Assembly: GCA_963836175.1 (NCBI GenBank)
Contig: CAWIIS010000008.1
Span: 1,862 to 65,861 of the forward strand
Direction: 5' to 3'
From: Nitrospirota bacterium
GTDB taxonomy: Bacteria > Nitrospirota > UBA9217
Length of the DNA: 64,000 bases
Part shown: in pieces, positions 48,989-57,300 of the stretch
How the letters are laid out: each line of letters begins with the position of its first letter
Numbering within the stretch: the stretch's first letter is position 1
The notes under the pieces: model-generated
The model's database searches: none
What the model was told of the DNA's origin: nothing
Seen by the model: only the letters and a program-made list of their open reading frames with translations
Program-made: the position numbers and the translations under genes

Positions 48989-49519
48989 GTGGAAGAGATT
49001 TCGCTCCATATTCTCGACATTGCTGAAAACTCGCTGCGGGCAGGCGCAAAAAACGTGGAGATCCTGGTTGTCAGGGACCGGTCGCAGGACCTGCTGAAAA
49101 TAGACGTCCGGGATGACGGAAGAGGGATGGATGCCGAAACGCTGGCACAGGTCCGGAATCCTTTCTTTACAACGAAACAGAAGAAAACCGGGCTCGGCAT
49201 TCCATTGCTGGCGCAGGCCGCGGAGCAGGCAGGCGGCGGCCTGACGATCGACTCCGCGCCGGACAGCGGTACCCGGGTAACGGTGACGTTCCAGTGGAGC
49301 GCCATTGACCGGCCCAAGATGGGCGCCTTGGCGGATACGCTGCTGACGATCATTGCGGGCCATCCTGAGCTGGATATGGTCTACGAAGAATGGGTTGACG
49401 GGGAGGTCTTCCGGCTTGATACCCGGGAGATCAAGAACGAGCTGGACGACGTGCCGATTAACAGCCCGGCGGTATTTGAAGCGCTCAGGGGCATGCTGCA
49501 GGACGGCATGCGGATCTGA
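48989..49519 (+). CDS. Stand-alone GHKL (HATPase_c) ATP-binding protein
   Basis: N-box HILDIAENSLRAGA. G1 DDGRGMD. FFTTK. G2 KTGLGIPL. No HisKA/H-box. GTG start. Confidence 0.6.
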   Translation: MEEISLHILDIAENSLRAGAKNVEILVVRDRSQDLLKIDVRDDGRGMDAETLAQVRNPFFTTKQKKTGLGIPLLAQAAEQAGGGLTIDSAPDSGTRVTVTFQWSAIDRPKMGALADTLLTIIAGHPELDMVYEEWVDGEVFRLDTREIKNELDDVPINSPAVFEALRGMLQDGMRI

Positions 49520-49553
49520 AAGAATAAATTCATCAGGTGAGTCGAAGAGGTTA

Positions 49554-50063
49554 ATGATGAGTACAGAAGCTGCAGAACATACTGCCACAAACAATGAGGT
49601 CATCTTGCCCGATATGTATCGGAAGATTGACGTGATCATTGAAAAGTACAAGGACAAGCCCGGTTCGCTGATCCCCGTACTGCAGCAGGCGCAGGAGGTT
49701 TGCGGGTATCTCCCGCATATCGTGCAGCGTTACATTGCAAAAGGCATGAATATGTCGCCGAGCGTGGTTTTCGGTGTGGCCACGTTCTACTCTTACTTTA
49801 CGCTCGTTCCGCGCGGCAAACACGTGATCCGGGTCTGCCTCGGGACCGCCTGCTACGTGAAACGGAGCGAGGAGATCATCGAAAAGATCAAGGCTGAGCT
49901 GGACCTCGAGGTCGGCGAGATCACGCGGGACAAGAAGTATTCCCTTGAGGCTGTGCGGTGCCTCGGCGCATGCGGACTCGCACCGGTTGTGGTCATCGGG
50001 CAGGACACGTACGGCGATGTGGCGGCCACGAAAGTAATGGATATTATAAAGAAATACGAATAA
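49554..50063 (+). CDS. nuoE: NADH dehydrogenase subunit E (NuoE/HydC/HndA-type [2Fe-2S])
   Basis: SLIPVLQQAQEVCGYL, CLGTACYV and CLGACGLAPVV cluster ligands. Confidence 0.88.
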   Translation: MMSTEAAEHTATNNEVILPDMYRKIDVIIEKYKDKPGSLIPVLQQAQEVCGYLPHIVQRYIAKGMNMSPSVVFGVATFYSYFTLVPRGKHVIRVCLGTACYVKRSEEIIEKIKAELDLEVGEITRDKKYSLEAVRCLGACGLAPVVVIGQDTYGDVAATKVMDIIKKYE

Positions 50064-50098
50064 TTCGATTTCGGATCGCGGATTTCGGATTGCGGATT
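50063..50098. repeat. Solo arm of the GGATT-heptad element (copy A3)
   Basis: AATTCGATTTCGGATCGCGGATTTCGGATTGCGGATT lies directly before the SD (AAAGGTG) of the next gene. No inverted partner is present. Confidence 0.6.
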
Positions 50099-50110
50099 AA
50101 AGGTGAAAAA

Positions 50111-50488
50111 ATGGCAAAACTGACGATCGCTGACTTAAAAAAGATCAAGGAAGATTACCATCAAGGGCTTCGCGAGGGCGGATTCAGGGTGAGGATCACG
50201 GTGCACATGGGGACCTGCGGGATCGCTGCCGGCGCCCGGGGCATCATGAATACCATCATGGAAGAGCTGGCCAAGTCCAATCTGAAGGACGTGGCGATCA
50301 CGACCTCGGGATGCGCCGGCTTGTGCAGTCAGGAACCGATGACGACCATCGAGACCACCGGCGAAGCTCCGGTAAAATATACCGCCCTTACGGAAGAGAA
50401 GATGCGCAAGATATTTGCCGAGCATGTCATAGCGGGCCGGCCGGTCAAGGAATACGCCCTTGTTGCCGGGCACGAAACGACCTATTAG
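50111..50488 (+). CDS. Thioredoxin-like [2Fe-2S] ferredoxin (HndB/HydD-like)
   Basis: VHMGTCGIAAGA ... TSGCAGLCSQEP Cys pairs. 125 aa. Not part of the canonical 14-gene nuo set. Confidence 0.75.
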   Translation: MAKLTIADLKKIKEDYHQGLREGGFRVRITVHMGTCGIAAGARGIMNTIMEELAKSNLKDVAITTSGCAGLCSQEPMTTIETTGEAPVKYTALTEEKMRKIFAEHVIAGRPVKEYALVAGHETTY

Positions 50489-50562
50489 ACCGTTAATAAA
50501 ACGCTCAACAGCCAGGAGCGAACACGTAATTAAGTACAAAACTATCTGAAATTACAATTCAT

Positions 50563-52371
50563 GTGCGGGGTAATATCGTGGAAACGACTGCATACCGTTC
50601 GAACATAATGATCTGCGCAGGCACCGGCTGTGTTGCCAACGGATCGCTCAAGGTCAAGGACGCGCTCGAGACCGAGCTCATCAAGCGCAACCTCCAGAAC
50701 GAGGTCAAGATCGTTCTGACCGGGTGCAACGGGTTCTGCGCCAAGGGCCCGGTGATGGTGGTCTACCCCGAGGACATCTTCTATCAGCTGGTGAAGCCCG
50801 AAGATGTGCCGCATCTCGTTGAGGAGCATTTCATCAAGGGCCGGCCGGTCCAGAAATTCCTCTATACGCCGCCGGCGGACAAGAACACGATCCCCGTGAT
50901 GAACGACATCCCGTTCTTCAAGCACCAGGTTCTCCGGGCGCTCAGGAACCGGAGCCTCATCGATGCCGAGAAGATCGAGGAATACATCGCCCGCGACGGT
51001 TACATGGCTGCGGCCAAGGCGCTCACTGAGATGACTCCCGAGCAGATCGTCGTCGAAATGAAGAAGTCCGGCCTGCGCGGCAGGGGCGGCGCTGGCTTTT
51101 TGACAGGTCTCAAATGGGAACTCTGCGCCCGTGTTTCCGGTGATATCAAGTACATTTTGTGCAACGGCGACGAGGGTGACCCGGGCGCGTTCATGGACAG
51201 GAGCGTCATGGAGGCGGACCCTCACTCCGTGCTCGAAGGCATGATCATTGCCGCCAAGGCGATCAACGCCCATTACGGGTACATCTATGTAAGGGCCGAG
51301 TATCCCTTGGCAGTGCAACGGCTCCAGCTTGCCATCGAATCGGCTAAGGAACACGGCCTCCTGGGCAAGGACATCCTCGGCACCGGGTTTGATCTTGATC
51401 TTGAGATCTACCAGGGCGCCGGTGCTTTTGTCTGCGGCGAAGAAACTGCCCTCATGGCCTCCATCGAAGGCAAGCGCGGCATGCCGCGTGCCAAGCCGCC
51501 GTTCCCGGCGGTCAAGGGTTTGTGGCAGCGCCCATCGGTCTTGAACAATGTCGAGACCTTTGCCAACATTCCGCCGATCATTCTGCACGGAGCGGACTGG
51601 TACGCGAGCCTGGGTACCGAGAAGAGCAAAGGCACCAAGGTGTTCGCGCTCTCCGGGGCATTGAACAATATCGGGCTTGTCGAAGTGCCCATGGGCACGC
51701 CGCTCAAGACCATCATTTACGATATTGGCGGCGGTATCAAGAACAACCGCAAATTCAAGGCAGTGCAGATGGGTGGTCCGTCGGGAGGCTGCATACCTGG
51801 TTCGCTCATCGACACGCCCGTGGACTTCGAGAATATCAACAAAACCGGTGCGATCATGGGCTCGGGCGGCATGGTGGTGATGGACGAGACCACCTGCATG
51901 CCGGCCATGGCCAAGTTCTTCCTTGAGTTCACTGAGGACGAGTCCTGTGGAAAGTGCGTTCCCTGCAGGATCGGGAACAAAACGCTGCTCACTATTCTGC
52001 AGCGCATTACGAACGGCGAGGGACGCGAAGGCGACATCGAGCTGCTGCTCGCTCTTTCCCAGCAGATCAAGGACACATCGCTCTGCGGCTTGGGCCAGAC
52101 CTCACCCAACCCGGTGCTCACCACGATCAGGTATTTCCGCGACGAGTATGAAGCGCATATCAAGGAGCATCGCTGCCCGGCGAGGGTCTGTACGCCCCTC
52201 GTCAAGTTCGTGGTGGACAAGGACAAGTGCAAGAAGTGCGGCCAGTGTTTCAAAGCCTGCCCGACCGGCGCGCTCAAATGGGAAAAAGGCCAGGTTGCAT
52301 ACATTGACCCTGAAAAGTGCACCAAGTGCAAGTCCTGCATCAAGGCGTGCCGTTTCTGGTCGATCGATTAG
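50563..52371 (+). CDS. nuoF: NADH dehydrogenase subunit F, extended HydB/HndC-type (N-terminal Trx-like [2Fe-2S], FMN/NADH site, N3, C-terminal 2x[4Fe-4S])
   Basis: CAGTGC...GCNGFCAKGP; GLRGRGGAGF; CNGDEGDPGAF; ESCGKCVPCR; CKKCGQCFKACP and CTKCKSCIKAC. 602 aa versus about 430-450 for classical NuoF. Confidence 0.88.
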   Translation: MRGNIVETTAYRSNIMICAGTGCVANGSLKVKDALETELIKRNLQNEVKIVLTGCNGFCAKGPVMVVYPEDIFYQLVKPEDVPHLVEEHFIKGRPVQKFLYTPPADKNTIPVMNDIPFFKHQVLRALRNRSLIDAEKIEEYIARDGYMAAAKALTEMTPEQIVVEMKKSGLRGRGGAGFLTGLKWELCARVSGDIKYILCNGDEGDPGAFMDRSVMEADPHSVLEGMIIAAKAINAHYGYIYVRAEYPLAVQRLQLAIESAKEHGLLGKDILGTGFDLDLEIYQGAGAFVCGEETALMASIEGKRGMPRAKPPFPAVKGLWQRPSVLNNVETFANIPPIILHGADWYASLGTEKSKGTKVFALSGALNNIGLVEVPMGTPLKTIIYDIGGGIKNNRKFKAVQMGGPSGGCIPGSLIDTPVDFENINKTGAIMGSGGMVVMDETTCMPAMAKFFLEFTEDESCGKCVPCRIGNKTLLTILQRITNGEGREGDIELLLALSQQIKDTSLCGLGQTSPNPVLTTIRYFRDEYEAHIKEHRCPARVCTPLVKFVVDKDKCKKCGQCFKACPTGALKWEKGQVAYIDPEKCTKCKSCIKACRFWSID

Positions 52372-52428
52372 TAGCGGACAAATTTACCGCGGAAAACAGC
52401 GGTTGCATACAAAGGTAGAAGAAAACCT

Positions 52429-54603
52429 ATGCAGAAAATAACGGTAACGGTTGACGGAAAAAAAGTAGAAGTGCCCACGGGATCGACGATCCTGGAGGCT
52501 GCTAATGCCGCCGGGTCGCGGGTACCCACCCTGTGCCATGACAACAAGCTCCATCCCTTCGGCGCCTGCCGGATCTGCATCGTGGAGGTGGAGGGGACGC
52601 CTCGCCGGTTCACGCCGTCGTGCACGACCCCGGCTGGCGACAATATGGTGGTCCGTACCACGTCGCCGGAGCTCATCACTGCGCGCAAGATGGTGCTCGA
52701 ACTGTTATTGATCAAACATCCCCTCGACTGCCCGGTCTGCGACAAGGCCGGAGCGTGCCAGCTCCAGGACCTCACGCATGAGTACGGGCTCGGCCCGAGT
52801 CGGTTCGATGCTGAGAAGGGCTACCTCCCACCCGATCTGGAGAGTGCGATCATCGAACGCAATATCAGTCGCTGCATCCTCTGCGGCAAGTGCGTCAGGA
52901 TCTGCGACGAGCAGAACGGCGTTGGAGAGTGGGCCTTTACCCGCCGCGGCACCAAGGCGCGGATCAGCACCGACTTTGACCGGCCGCTGGACTGCGAGTT
53001 CTGCGGCGAATGCGTCGAGATCTGCCCGGTGGGGGCGCTCACGACGCGCCAGTTCAAGTACAAGGCCCGCTCCTGGAACCTGGAAGAGACCAAATCGGTC
53101 TGCAACTACTGCGGCTGCGGCTGCACCACGACGCTGGAGACGCGCGATAGCAGGATCATGCGGGTGAGCCCGGGCAGGGACAATTATCTCTGTGCCAAGG
53201 GTCGCTTCGGGTGGGACGCGGTCCGTCACAAAGACCGGCTCACTACGCCGAAGATGCGCGTGGCTAATGAGCTCGTTGACTGCACTTGGGATGAGGCGCT
53301 GGCAGTGGTGGCCACAAACCTCAACGTGATCAAGGGCAAGAGCGGGGCTGACAGCATCGGCGGCCTCGGGTCCGTACGAACCACAAATGAGGACCACTAT
53401 GTGTTCCAGAAGTTCATGCGTACGATCGTGGGCACGAACAATGTGGATCTGCTGGCGAGGCTCAAGGCGCCGAAAGGGCTCGATACGGCGTTCTTCAGCG
53501 GCGAACTCGGCCAGATGGGCGCTAACGATGTTATCCTGGTGCTCGACAAGGAAGTCGGCGATATCAACCCGCTCACCGGCATTGAGATCGTCCGCGCTGT
53601 CAATCGAAAAGGCCGCACGCTGGTCCTGGTGAACGACGGATTTAATAAATTCAACAAGCTTGCTTCGGTCGTGATCCCCCAAAGCACCGAGGCGGCGTTG
53701 GGCGACCTGGTCAAGGCATTGTCGGCCGGACAGGGAAGCAGCGAGGCACAGCATGCTGCAACGGTCCTGAAAAGTGCCGGAAGCGTGGCGGTCATCGTAC
53801 CGTCGAAGCTTACGGACGCGGATTTCAGCCGGATCAAGGAGCTTGCCGGTCTACTGAAGAATGTTACCTATTATCCCATCGTACGGCGCAGCAACTTCCA
53901 GGGTGCGCTCGACATGGGAGTGCTCCCGGATTATTATCCCGGATACCGGAAGGTCGGTGCTGATACGACGGCCTCGCTTGCACGTTCCTGGAACGCAGTC
54001 CTGCCCGGGACGACCGGCAAAAATGCTGTGGAGATGGTCGACGCGATGGCCTCCGGCAAACTGCATGCCCTCTATATCATGGGCGACGATCCGATCGGAA
54101 GCGACCCGGGCCTCAAACCGGTGCTTGCGAAGCTCGATTTCCTCGTGGTGCAGGACATTTTTATGACCGAGACGGCGCAGATGGCCGATGTGGTGCTGCC
54201 GGCGTCAAGTTATGTGGAAAAAAGCGGAACGTTCACGAACCTTGAACGGCGCCTCCAGCAGATCAACCGCGGTGAAGAGCCCTACGGGGAATCGCGCCCT
54301 GACTGGGAGATCCTCGCGGAGGTTGCGAAGAAGATGGGCGGGTCCCTGACCTATGGCTCCGTGCGGGACATTATTGCGGAGATCCGGTCTATGGTGCCGT
54401 TGTATGCAGGCCTCACGGTTGGCTCATGCTGGCCGCGTGAAAGCTCGCCGCTTGCCGGAACGGACGTTGACCTGTCGCTGGCATCCAATAACATCATGAA
54501 AAAAGAAGTGATCACGGCTGAGAAACAGCTGTTCTCGTCCGGAATGACGATCACGCGGTCACATGAGATCGGGACCATCAAACATATTAAGATCGAAGTG
54601 TAG
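52429..54603 (+). CDS. nuoG: NADH dehydrogenase subunit G (75-kDa, molybdopterin-oxidoreductase-like)
   Basis: [2Fe-2S] CHDNKLHPFGACRICIVEV. HPLDCPVCDKAGACQLQD. CILCGKCVRIC. CEFCGECVEICPVGA. CNYCGCGC. Confidence 0.85.
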   Translation: MQKITVTVDGKKVEVPTGSTILEAANAAGSRVPTLCHDNKLHPFGACRICIVEVEGTPRRFTPSCTTPAGDNMVVRTTSPELITARKMVLELLLIKHPLDCPVCDKAGACQLQDLTHEYGLGPSRFDAEKGYLPPDLESAIIERNISRCILCGKCVRICDEQNGVGEWAFTRRGTKARISTDFDRPLDCEFCGECVEICPVGALTTRQFKYKARSWNLEETKSVCNYCGCGCTTTLETRDSRIMRVSPGRDNYLCAKGRFGWDAVRHKDRLTTPKMRVANELVDCTWDEALAVVATNLNVIKGKSGADSIGGLGSVRTTNEDHYVFQKFMRTIVGTNNVDLLARLKAPKGLDTAFFSGELGQMGANDVILVLDKEVGDINPLTGIEIVRAVNRKGRTLVLVNDGFNKFNKLASVVIPQSTEAALGDLVKALSAGQGSSEAQHAATVLKSAGSVAVIVPSKLTDADFSRIKELAGLLKNVTYYPIVRRSNFQGALDMGVLPDYYPGYRKVGADTTASLARSWNAVLPGTTGKNAVEMVDAMASGKLHALYIMGDDPIGSDPGLKPVLAKLDFLVVQDIFMTETAQMADVVLPASSYVEKSGTFTNLERRLQQINRGEEPYGESRPDWEILAEVAKKMGGSLTYGSVRDIIAEIRSMVPLYAGLTVGSCWPRESSPLAGTDVDLSLASNNIMKKEVITAEKQLFSSGMTITRSHEIGTIKHIKIEV

Positions 54604-54612
54604 GAGCAGAAC

Positions 54613-55701
54613 ATGCCTGATCTGAACCTGGTGCTCAACATCCTCTATACGCTTGTCATTCCCATCGCGGTGCTGCTGGCCTTCATCCTGGCCAATGCCA
54701 TGTATCTGCAGCTTATGGAACGCAAGGTGCTTGCGCACATGCAGGGAAGGCTTGGCCCTATGCGGACCGGCTGGCACGGGATCCTGCAGCCGATCGCGGA
54801 TGCGGTCAAGTTCATCATGAAAGAGGACATCATTCCGGCCAAGGCAGACAAGTGGGTTTTCAGCCTCGCACCGATCCTGATGCTCGCCATGGCATTCGGC
54901 GCTTTTGTGGTCATTCCCTTTGGACCGCCGACGAGCTTTTTCGGACTTTTGTCCCATGAGGTCCCGCTCTGGGTTTCGAATCTGAATGTGGGGGTTCTCT
55001 TTATCGTCGCGTTCGCCAGTATCGGCACCTACGGCGTCATCATGGCCGGATGGGCGTCGAACAATAAATATTCCCTCATGGGAGGGTTCCGGTCAGCGGC
55101 CCAGATGATAAGCTACGAGATTCCCATGGCTTTTTCGATACTCACCGTGGTGCTCCTGGCAGGGTCGCTGAACCTGAACGATATTGTGAATGCCCAAAGC
55201 AAGCAATGGTTCATTATCGCGCTGCCCGTGGGCCCGGTGGCATTTTTCCTCTATCTGGTTTCGGCAATTGCGGAAACGAACCGTGTTCCTTTTGACCTGC
55301 CCGAGGCCGAGAGCGAACTGGTGGCAGGGTACTTCACCGAGTACAGCGGCATTCGCTTCGGCCTCTTCTTCATGGCGGAGTACATGAACATGATGGTGGC
55401 ATCGCTTCTGGCAAGCATCATGTTCCTCGGCGGCTGGCTGCCGGTGCAGATACTTCCCAATACCGCCTTTGGCCACCTCGCCTCAATAACGTTTCTCAAT
55501 AAGATATTTGCGGCGCTGCCGCCGACGCTCTGGCTGCTGGCAAAGCTTTACTTCTTCATCTTCTTCTACATGTGGATCCGGGCAACGCTTCCCCGGTACC
55601 GTTATGACCAGCTCATGAAGATCTCCTGGAAGATCTTTCTTCCCTTGTCGCTCGGCACGCTGCTCGTGGCGGCAGGTATGAAGCAGCTGGGCTGGCTGTA
55701 G
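54613..55701 (+). CDS. nuoH: NADH-quinone oxidoreductase subunit H
   Basis: MERKVLAHMQGRLGP and AETNRVPFDLPEAESELVAGY. Confidence 0.92.
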   Translation: MPDLNLVLNILYTLVIPIAVLLAFILANAMYLQLMERKVLAHMQGRLGPMRTGWHGILQPIADAVKFIMKEDIIPAKADKWVFSLAPILMLAMAFGAFVVIPFGPPTSFFGLLSHEVPLWVSNLNVGVLFIVAFASIGTYGVIMAGWASNNKYSLMGGFRSAAQMISYEIPMAFSILTVVLLAGSLNLNDIVNAQSKQWFIIALPVGPVAFFLYLVSAIAETNRVPFDLPEAESELVAGYFTEYSGIRFGLFFMAEYMNMMVASLLASIMFLGGWLPVQILPNTAFGHLASITFLNKIFAALPPTLWLLAKLYFFIFFYMWIRATLPRYRYDQLMKISWKIFLPLSLGTLLVAAGMKQLGWL

Positions 55702-55753
55702 CAGACGGAGATGCGTTCGGAGCAAGGAGTTCTGAGTTAGGAGCAAATGACCG

Positions 55754-56242
55754 ATGAATAAACTTAAAAAGCTGCTTAAAACGATTTTCATGATCGAGAT
55801 CGCGCAGGGCATGGCCCTGACGCTCAAGACCATGCTCACCCGTCAAAAACATATGATACCCTATGCGAAGACGCGGCAATACCCGGCCTTCAAGCGCAAA
55901 CCGATCGCCGGGTCGCGCGGGCTCCATGCCATGCGACGCGATGAAAAGGGCGCGGCAGCATGCATCGGTTGCGGCCTCTGCGAGGCGGTCTGTCCTTCCC
56001 ATGCCATTACGGTGGTAACGTCCGAGGGGCCGGACCATGAAAAAGTGGTGAACTCCTATGAGCTTGACCTGCTCCGGTGCGTGTTCTGCGGTTTTTGCAT
56101 CGATGCATGCCCTGTTTCGGCGATCCTGATGACCCCCGAATTCGAGCTTGCCTGCTACGACAGGAAAGATGCGTTCTACACCAGGGACCGTCTTGTCGAT
56201 GTGGGCGACCACTACCTGGGCGGAAAGGCGGTAAAGAAGTAA
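55754..56242 (+). CDS. nuoI: NADH-quinone oxidoreductase subunit I
   Basis: CIGCGLCEAVCP and CVFCGFCIDACP. Confidence 0.9.
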   Translation: MNKLKKLLKTIFMIEIAQGMALTLKTMLTRQKHMIPYAKTRQYPAFKRKPIAGSRGLHAMRRDEKGAAACIGCGLCEAVCPSHAITVVTSEGPDHEKVVNSYELDLLRCVFCGFCIDACPVSAILMTPEFELACYDRKDAFYTRDRLVDVGDHYLGGKAVKK

Positions 56243-56751
56243 TGGTGCATAAACTTATCTTCCTGTATTTTGCCGCAGTGATCCTTGTATCGGCGGTCCT
56301 CACGGTAACCCGGAAGAACCCCATCCACAGTGTGATGTACATGCTCCTGCTCTTCTTCCACATTGCGGGCGTTTTCGTGCTGCTGAACGCGGAGTTTCTG
56401 GCTGCAGTGCAGCTTATCGTGTATGCCGGGGCCATCCTGATCCTGTACCTCTTCGTGGCGATGCTTCTGAGCGTGGACCGCGAGGTAATCGCGCTGCGGG
56501 CGAACCGTTTCTGGCCCTGGCTCACCGGATTTGGCGTGCTGATTGCGGGAGAGATCGGATTGCTCGTTGCAGAGGGTGCGTTTCCGGCGGATGCTGGCCA
56601 GCCGATGCGTGCGGCCTCGAGTACCGGGATTGGCGCCCTCGGCAGTGAGCTCTATACCAACTACCTGGTGCCGTTCGAGGTTGCGTCCATCATTCTGCTG
56701 GTCGGACTCGTGGGCGCTGTGATGCTGGCGAAGAAGAAAACGAACGAATAA
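56242..56751 (+). CDS. nuoJ: NADH-quinone oxidoreductase subunit J
   Basis: ATG overlaps the nuoI stop (TAATG). [40 protein letters not shown]. Confidence 0.85.
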   Translation: MVHKLIFLYFAAVILVSAVLTVTRKNPIHSVMYMLLLFFHIAGVFVLLNAEFLAAVQLIVYAGAILILYLFVAMLLSVDREVIALRANRFWPWLTGFGVLIAGEIGLLVAEGAFPADAGQPMRAASSTGIGALGSELYTNYLVPFEVASIILLVGLVGAVMLAKKKTNE

Positions 56752-56759
56752 GTAATTAC

Positions 56760-56835
56760 ATTGCGGATTTCGGATTGCGGATTGCGGATTCTAATCGAAG
56801 CTCAATCCACATCCCGCAGTCTTCAACTCCGCAAT
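56760..56835. repeat. GGATT-heptad element, copy A4, with degenerate partner arm (nuoJ-nuoK spacer)
   Basis: ATTGCGG ATTTCGG ATTGCGG ATTGCGG ATT, then CAATCCACATCCCGCAGTCTTCAACTCCGCAAT. Confidence 0.6.
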
Positions 56836-56852
56836 GGAAACCGGAGGTTTCC

Positions 56853-57155
56853 ATGATCCCTTTGTCCTGGTATATCCTGCTGAGCGCCGGGTTGTTCACC
56901 ATTGGTGTTGTCGGCGTGCTGAGCCGCCGCAATGTGTTCATCGTGCTGATGTCGCTCGAGCTCATGCTGAACGCGGCGAACATCAACCTCGTGGCGTTCT
57001 CGCACTATCTGCAGTCGCTCACCGGTCAGATTTTCGCGATCTTTGTGATCACCGTAGCCGCTGCCGAGGCGGCGGTGGCGCTGGCGATCATCATCCTGCT
57101 GGCCCGCAACCGCGGGAGCATCCATGTGGATGATTTTAACATCATGAAGGGATAA
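56853..57155 (+). CDS. nuoK: NADH-quinone oxidoreductase subunit K
   Basis: [24 protein letters not shown] and [12 protein letters not shown]. Confidence 0.9.
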   Translation: MIPLSWYILLSAGLFTIGVVGVLSRRNVFIVLMSLELMLNAANINLVAFSHYLQSLTGQIFAIFVITVAAAEAAVALAIIILLARNRGSIHVDDFNIMKG

Positions 57156-57159
57156 AATC

Positions 57160-57286
57160 GGGAAATCCCAAAGCCCAAGCGCCAAATTACAAATAAATTC
57201 CAAGCGCCCAGAGGCAAGTGTTCTCTGATCCGGGTTTGAAATTTGGATTTTATTTGAGATTCGGAAATTGAAGTTTGGAATTTACC
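57160..57286. repeat. AT-rich heptad-type imperfect hairpin (nuoK-nuoL spacer)
   Basis: CCAAATTACAAATAAATTCCAAG on the left. ATTTGGATTTTATTTGAGATTCGGAAATTGAAGTTTGGAATTT on the right. Shares strings with the 28025-28090 tract. Confidence 0.5.
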
Positions 57287-57300
57287 TCGAAGAGGTGATT

